DNA of 64,000 bases, taken from the NCBI GenBank assembly GCA_022340775.1, contig JAJDNH010000088.1:13464-77463 (forward strand), read 5' to 3'. Under the pieces are notes generated by a model. It did no database searches. It had not been told where the DNA came from and saw only the letters and a program-made list of their open reading frames with translations. The first letter of the stretch is position 1. Each line of letters starts with the position of its first letter. This DNA comes from Acidobacteriota bacterium (GTDB lineage Bacteria; Acidobacteriota; Thermoanaerobaculia; Thermoanaerobaculales; Sulfomarinibacteraceae). Shown here one piece after another: positions 62,397 through 64,000 of the stretch. The translations under genes and the position numbers were made by a program.

Positions 62397-62801
62397 CTAC
62401 TTCCAGTCGAGGGTCAGCGCCCGGTCGAGATCGGAAAGCCCGAAGATCCCGAGTGCGGTCGGCGCGCCCGGCGTCGAGCTGCCGTAGATGTAGTCGATGT
62501 TGATGCCGGCCACCGCCAGGATCTGTGCGGCCCGTGCGAAGCTCCGGGGGCGGTTCGGCATCTCGAGGGCCAGACAGTCCTTGGTTGCGACCTCCAGGCC
62601 CGCTTCAGCGAAGATCCGGACCGCCACCTCCGGGTCGTCGACGACCAACCTGACGTGCCCTCGCTCGGTGTTCTCCCGGGTGGTGATGGCACGAATGTCG
62701 ATGCCCCGATCTCCGAGATGGGCGCAGAGGTCGGCCAGAATCCCCGGCCGGTTCTCCAACAGCAGCGTGATCTGGCGAACCCGTTCGCACTTGAAGCTCA
62801 T
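62397..62801 (-). CDS. tandem ACT-domain protein
   Basis: ATG 62801 follows GGGGGAGG. ITLLLENRPGILADLCAHLGDRGIDIRAI and a second ACT-like half, LALEMPNRPRSFARAAQILAVAGINIDYI. Confidence 0.7.
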   Translation of the reverse strand: MSFKCERVRQITLLLENRPGILADLCAHLGDRGIDIRAITTRENTERGHVRLVVDDPEVAVRIFAEAGLEVATKDCLALEMPNRPRSFARAAQILAVAGINIDYIYGSSTPGAPTALGIFGLSDLDRALTLDWK

Positions 62802-62933
62802 GACGCCTCCCCCGGCAAGTGATTCCGCGCGGTCGAGTCTAGCCACCCACAGTGTCGATCGCAAGACGGCTCTTGCGACGCCCACCGGTCGGTGCTAGCT
62901 TCGGTGAGAGAACGCACGGGGAGCGCCGGGACG

Positions 62934-63278
62934 ATGAGCCGATACTTCATGCTGCGCGACGGAAAGGTTGTTGAAGCTCCCGACCATGCAACATGGGCGG
63001 GCTGGTACGAGAGCTCGTACGAGAAGGTCCGAGAGGTCATCCGTACCGAGACGGTGCACGCCACCGTCACCACCCAGTTCCTGCCCATCAGCATGACGCT
63101 ATCCACCCAGGAGCAGCCGCTGCTGTTCGAGACCAGGGTCTCCGGCGGGTGGCTCAACGGTCAAGGCGACCGGTTCCCGGACATGGAGCGGGCGCGTGAC
63201 GGCCACAAAGCCTGGGTGGAGCGGGTCCGGGCCTTCGAGGAGGAGAACGAGCTCCCGCCGCCCGGCGCCGGCTGGTAG
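62934..63278 (+). CDS. hypothetical protein
   Basis: 114 aa with coding-like composition. No family recognised. The start could be GTG 62892. Confidence 0.45.
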   Translation: MSRYFMLRDGKVVEAPDHATWAGWYESSYEKVREVIRTETVHATVTTQFLPISMTLSTQEQPLLFETRVSGGWLNGQGDRFPDMERARDGHKAWVERVRAFEEENELPPPGAGW

Positions 63279-63282
63279 AGGC

Positions 63283-63515
63283 GCGCACCATTCTCTGGAG
63301 CGCGCTGCGCCCGCATTTTCCGTGTCTCCTGTTTCCCGCTTTCCGTCTCCCCGGGCGGGTGGGGCGTCTCGCGTCTAGCTTCTCGCGTCTCGCGATCTTC
63401 CCGGGTGGGTGGGGGGAACCTCATGACCTAGTAACTTAATCACTTAATCACCGGGCGGGTGGGGGAGCGTCTCCCGTTTTCCGTCTCCCGTCTCCCTGGG
63501 CGGGTTGGTGGAGGT
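63283..63515 (+). repeat. Palindrome-like GGAGCGCGCTGC plus four G-box/word cassettes between convergent genes
   Basis: CATTCTCTGGAGCGCGCTGCGCCC is followed by CCGT-type, GTCTCGCGTCTAGC-type, CCTCATGACCTAGTAACTTAATCACTTAATCA and CCCGTTTTCCGTCTCCCGTCTCCC cassettes. Confidence 0.85.
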
Positions 63516-63532
63516 CTACCTTCTACGCTCGG

Positions 63533-64000
63533 TTACCGGTGCTTCCAGCTCGGGCGGCGGCGCTCCTGGAAGCTGCTGATGCCTTCGGCGACGTCCTCGA
63601 GACCGTACAGATCGGTCAGAAAAAGGTCCTCGAGCGCCTTCAGCCTGGCGGCATCGTGGGCGCCTGCTCCCACCCGCAGAGCCTTCTTCGTCATCCGCAA
63701 CGCGGCCGCGCTGAGACCGTTGAAGATCTCGTCGATCTCGGTCCAACGGTCCTTGTCCAAAACCCTCTGTACCAGCCCCATGGCAGCCGCCTGCTCGGCG
63801 CTCAGCCCTTCCCCGGTGAGAACGACGTAGGCCGCGTTCTGCAGCCCGGTCAGTCGCGGCAGCTGGTGGCAGGCGAGCGGTGGGAAGAAGGCCAGCTTGA
63901 TCTCCGGCTGGCCGAGGGTCGCGTCCGGATCGGCAACCACGAAGTCACAGAACGACACCAGCTCCATCGCACCACCCAGGCACGAGCCGTGGACCATGGC
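63533..64000 (-). CDS. enoyl-CoA hydratase/isomerase (crotonase) family protein, C-terminal part (5' end outside window)
   Basis: VHGSCLGGAMELVSFCDFVVA, LGQPEIKLAFFPP and a C-terminal EGISSFQERRRPSW. The ORF runs off the window end. Confidence 0.8.
   Translation of the reverse strand, partial: AMVHGSCLGGAMELVSFCDFVVADPDATLGQPEIKLAFFPPLACHQLPRLTGLQNAAYVVLTGEGLSAEQAAAMGLVQRVLDKDRWTEIDEIFNGLSAAALRMTKKALRVGAGAHDAARLKALEDLFLTDLYGLEDVAEGISSFQERRRPSWKHR

Overview
GC-rich bacterial chromosomal window with about 52 protein-coding genes and no rRNA, tRNA or CRISPR that I could support. All protein family calls are from memory of motifs and architecture; no database search was possible.

Gene content, left to right:
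- alpha-2-macroglobulin tail, an Fe-S protein and a HicB/HicA toxin-antitoxin pair
- a six-gene translationally coupled operon: DUF134, DUF5320, NifX-like, MinD/4Fe-4S ATPase, FmdB zinc ribbon, MinD/4Fe-4S ATPase
- an OmpA protein with three internal repeats
- a NarL-type two-component system, an ammonium transporter and a TorF-like porin
- Rrf2-cydAB and OmpW
- an ATP-grasp/S58-peptidase fusion translationally coupled to an HDAC-like deacetylase
- a Ser/Thr kinase with TPR repeats and a sortilin/BNR protein
- from about 40.4 kb to the window end, an anaerobic acyl-CoA (aromatic/alicyclic) island

The island holds an ADP-forming and an AMP-forming CoA ligase, two giant GltD-module flavoproteins, a beta-oxidation-like set and tetR. 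It also holds a bzd-type class I benzoyl-CoA-reductase-like NOPQ set with ferredoxin, a second orphan dehydratase-like/activase pair, and a crotonase.

The most unusual signal is non-coding. Most larger intergenic gaps are filled by a mosaic repeat system. Its parts are ~104-nt REP-doublet (REPIN-like) elements with GTAG termini, a conserved 9-bp hairpin, an ~88-nt element, and tens of G-box modules (CCGGGTGGGCGGGGG-like). Each G-box is followed by one of about five cassettes of 7-8-nt pyrimidine-rich tandem words. These modules are strongly strand-polarised, and one 475-nt array shows higher-order periodicity. Four CDSs terminate inside these repeats.
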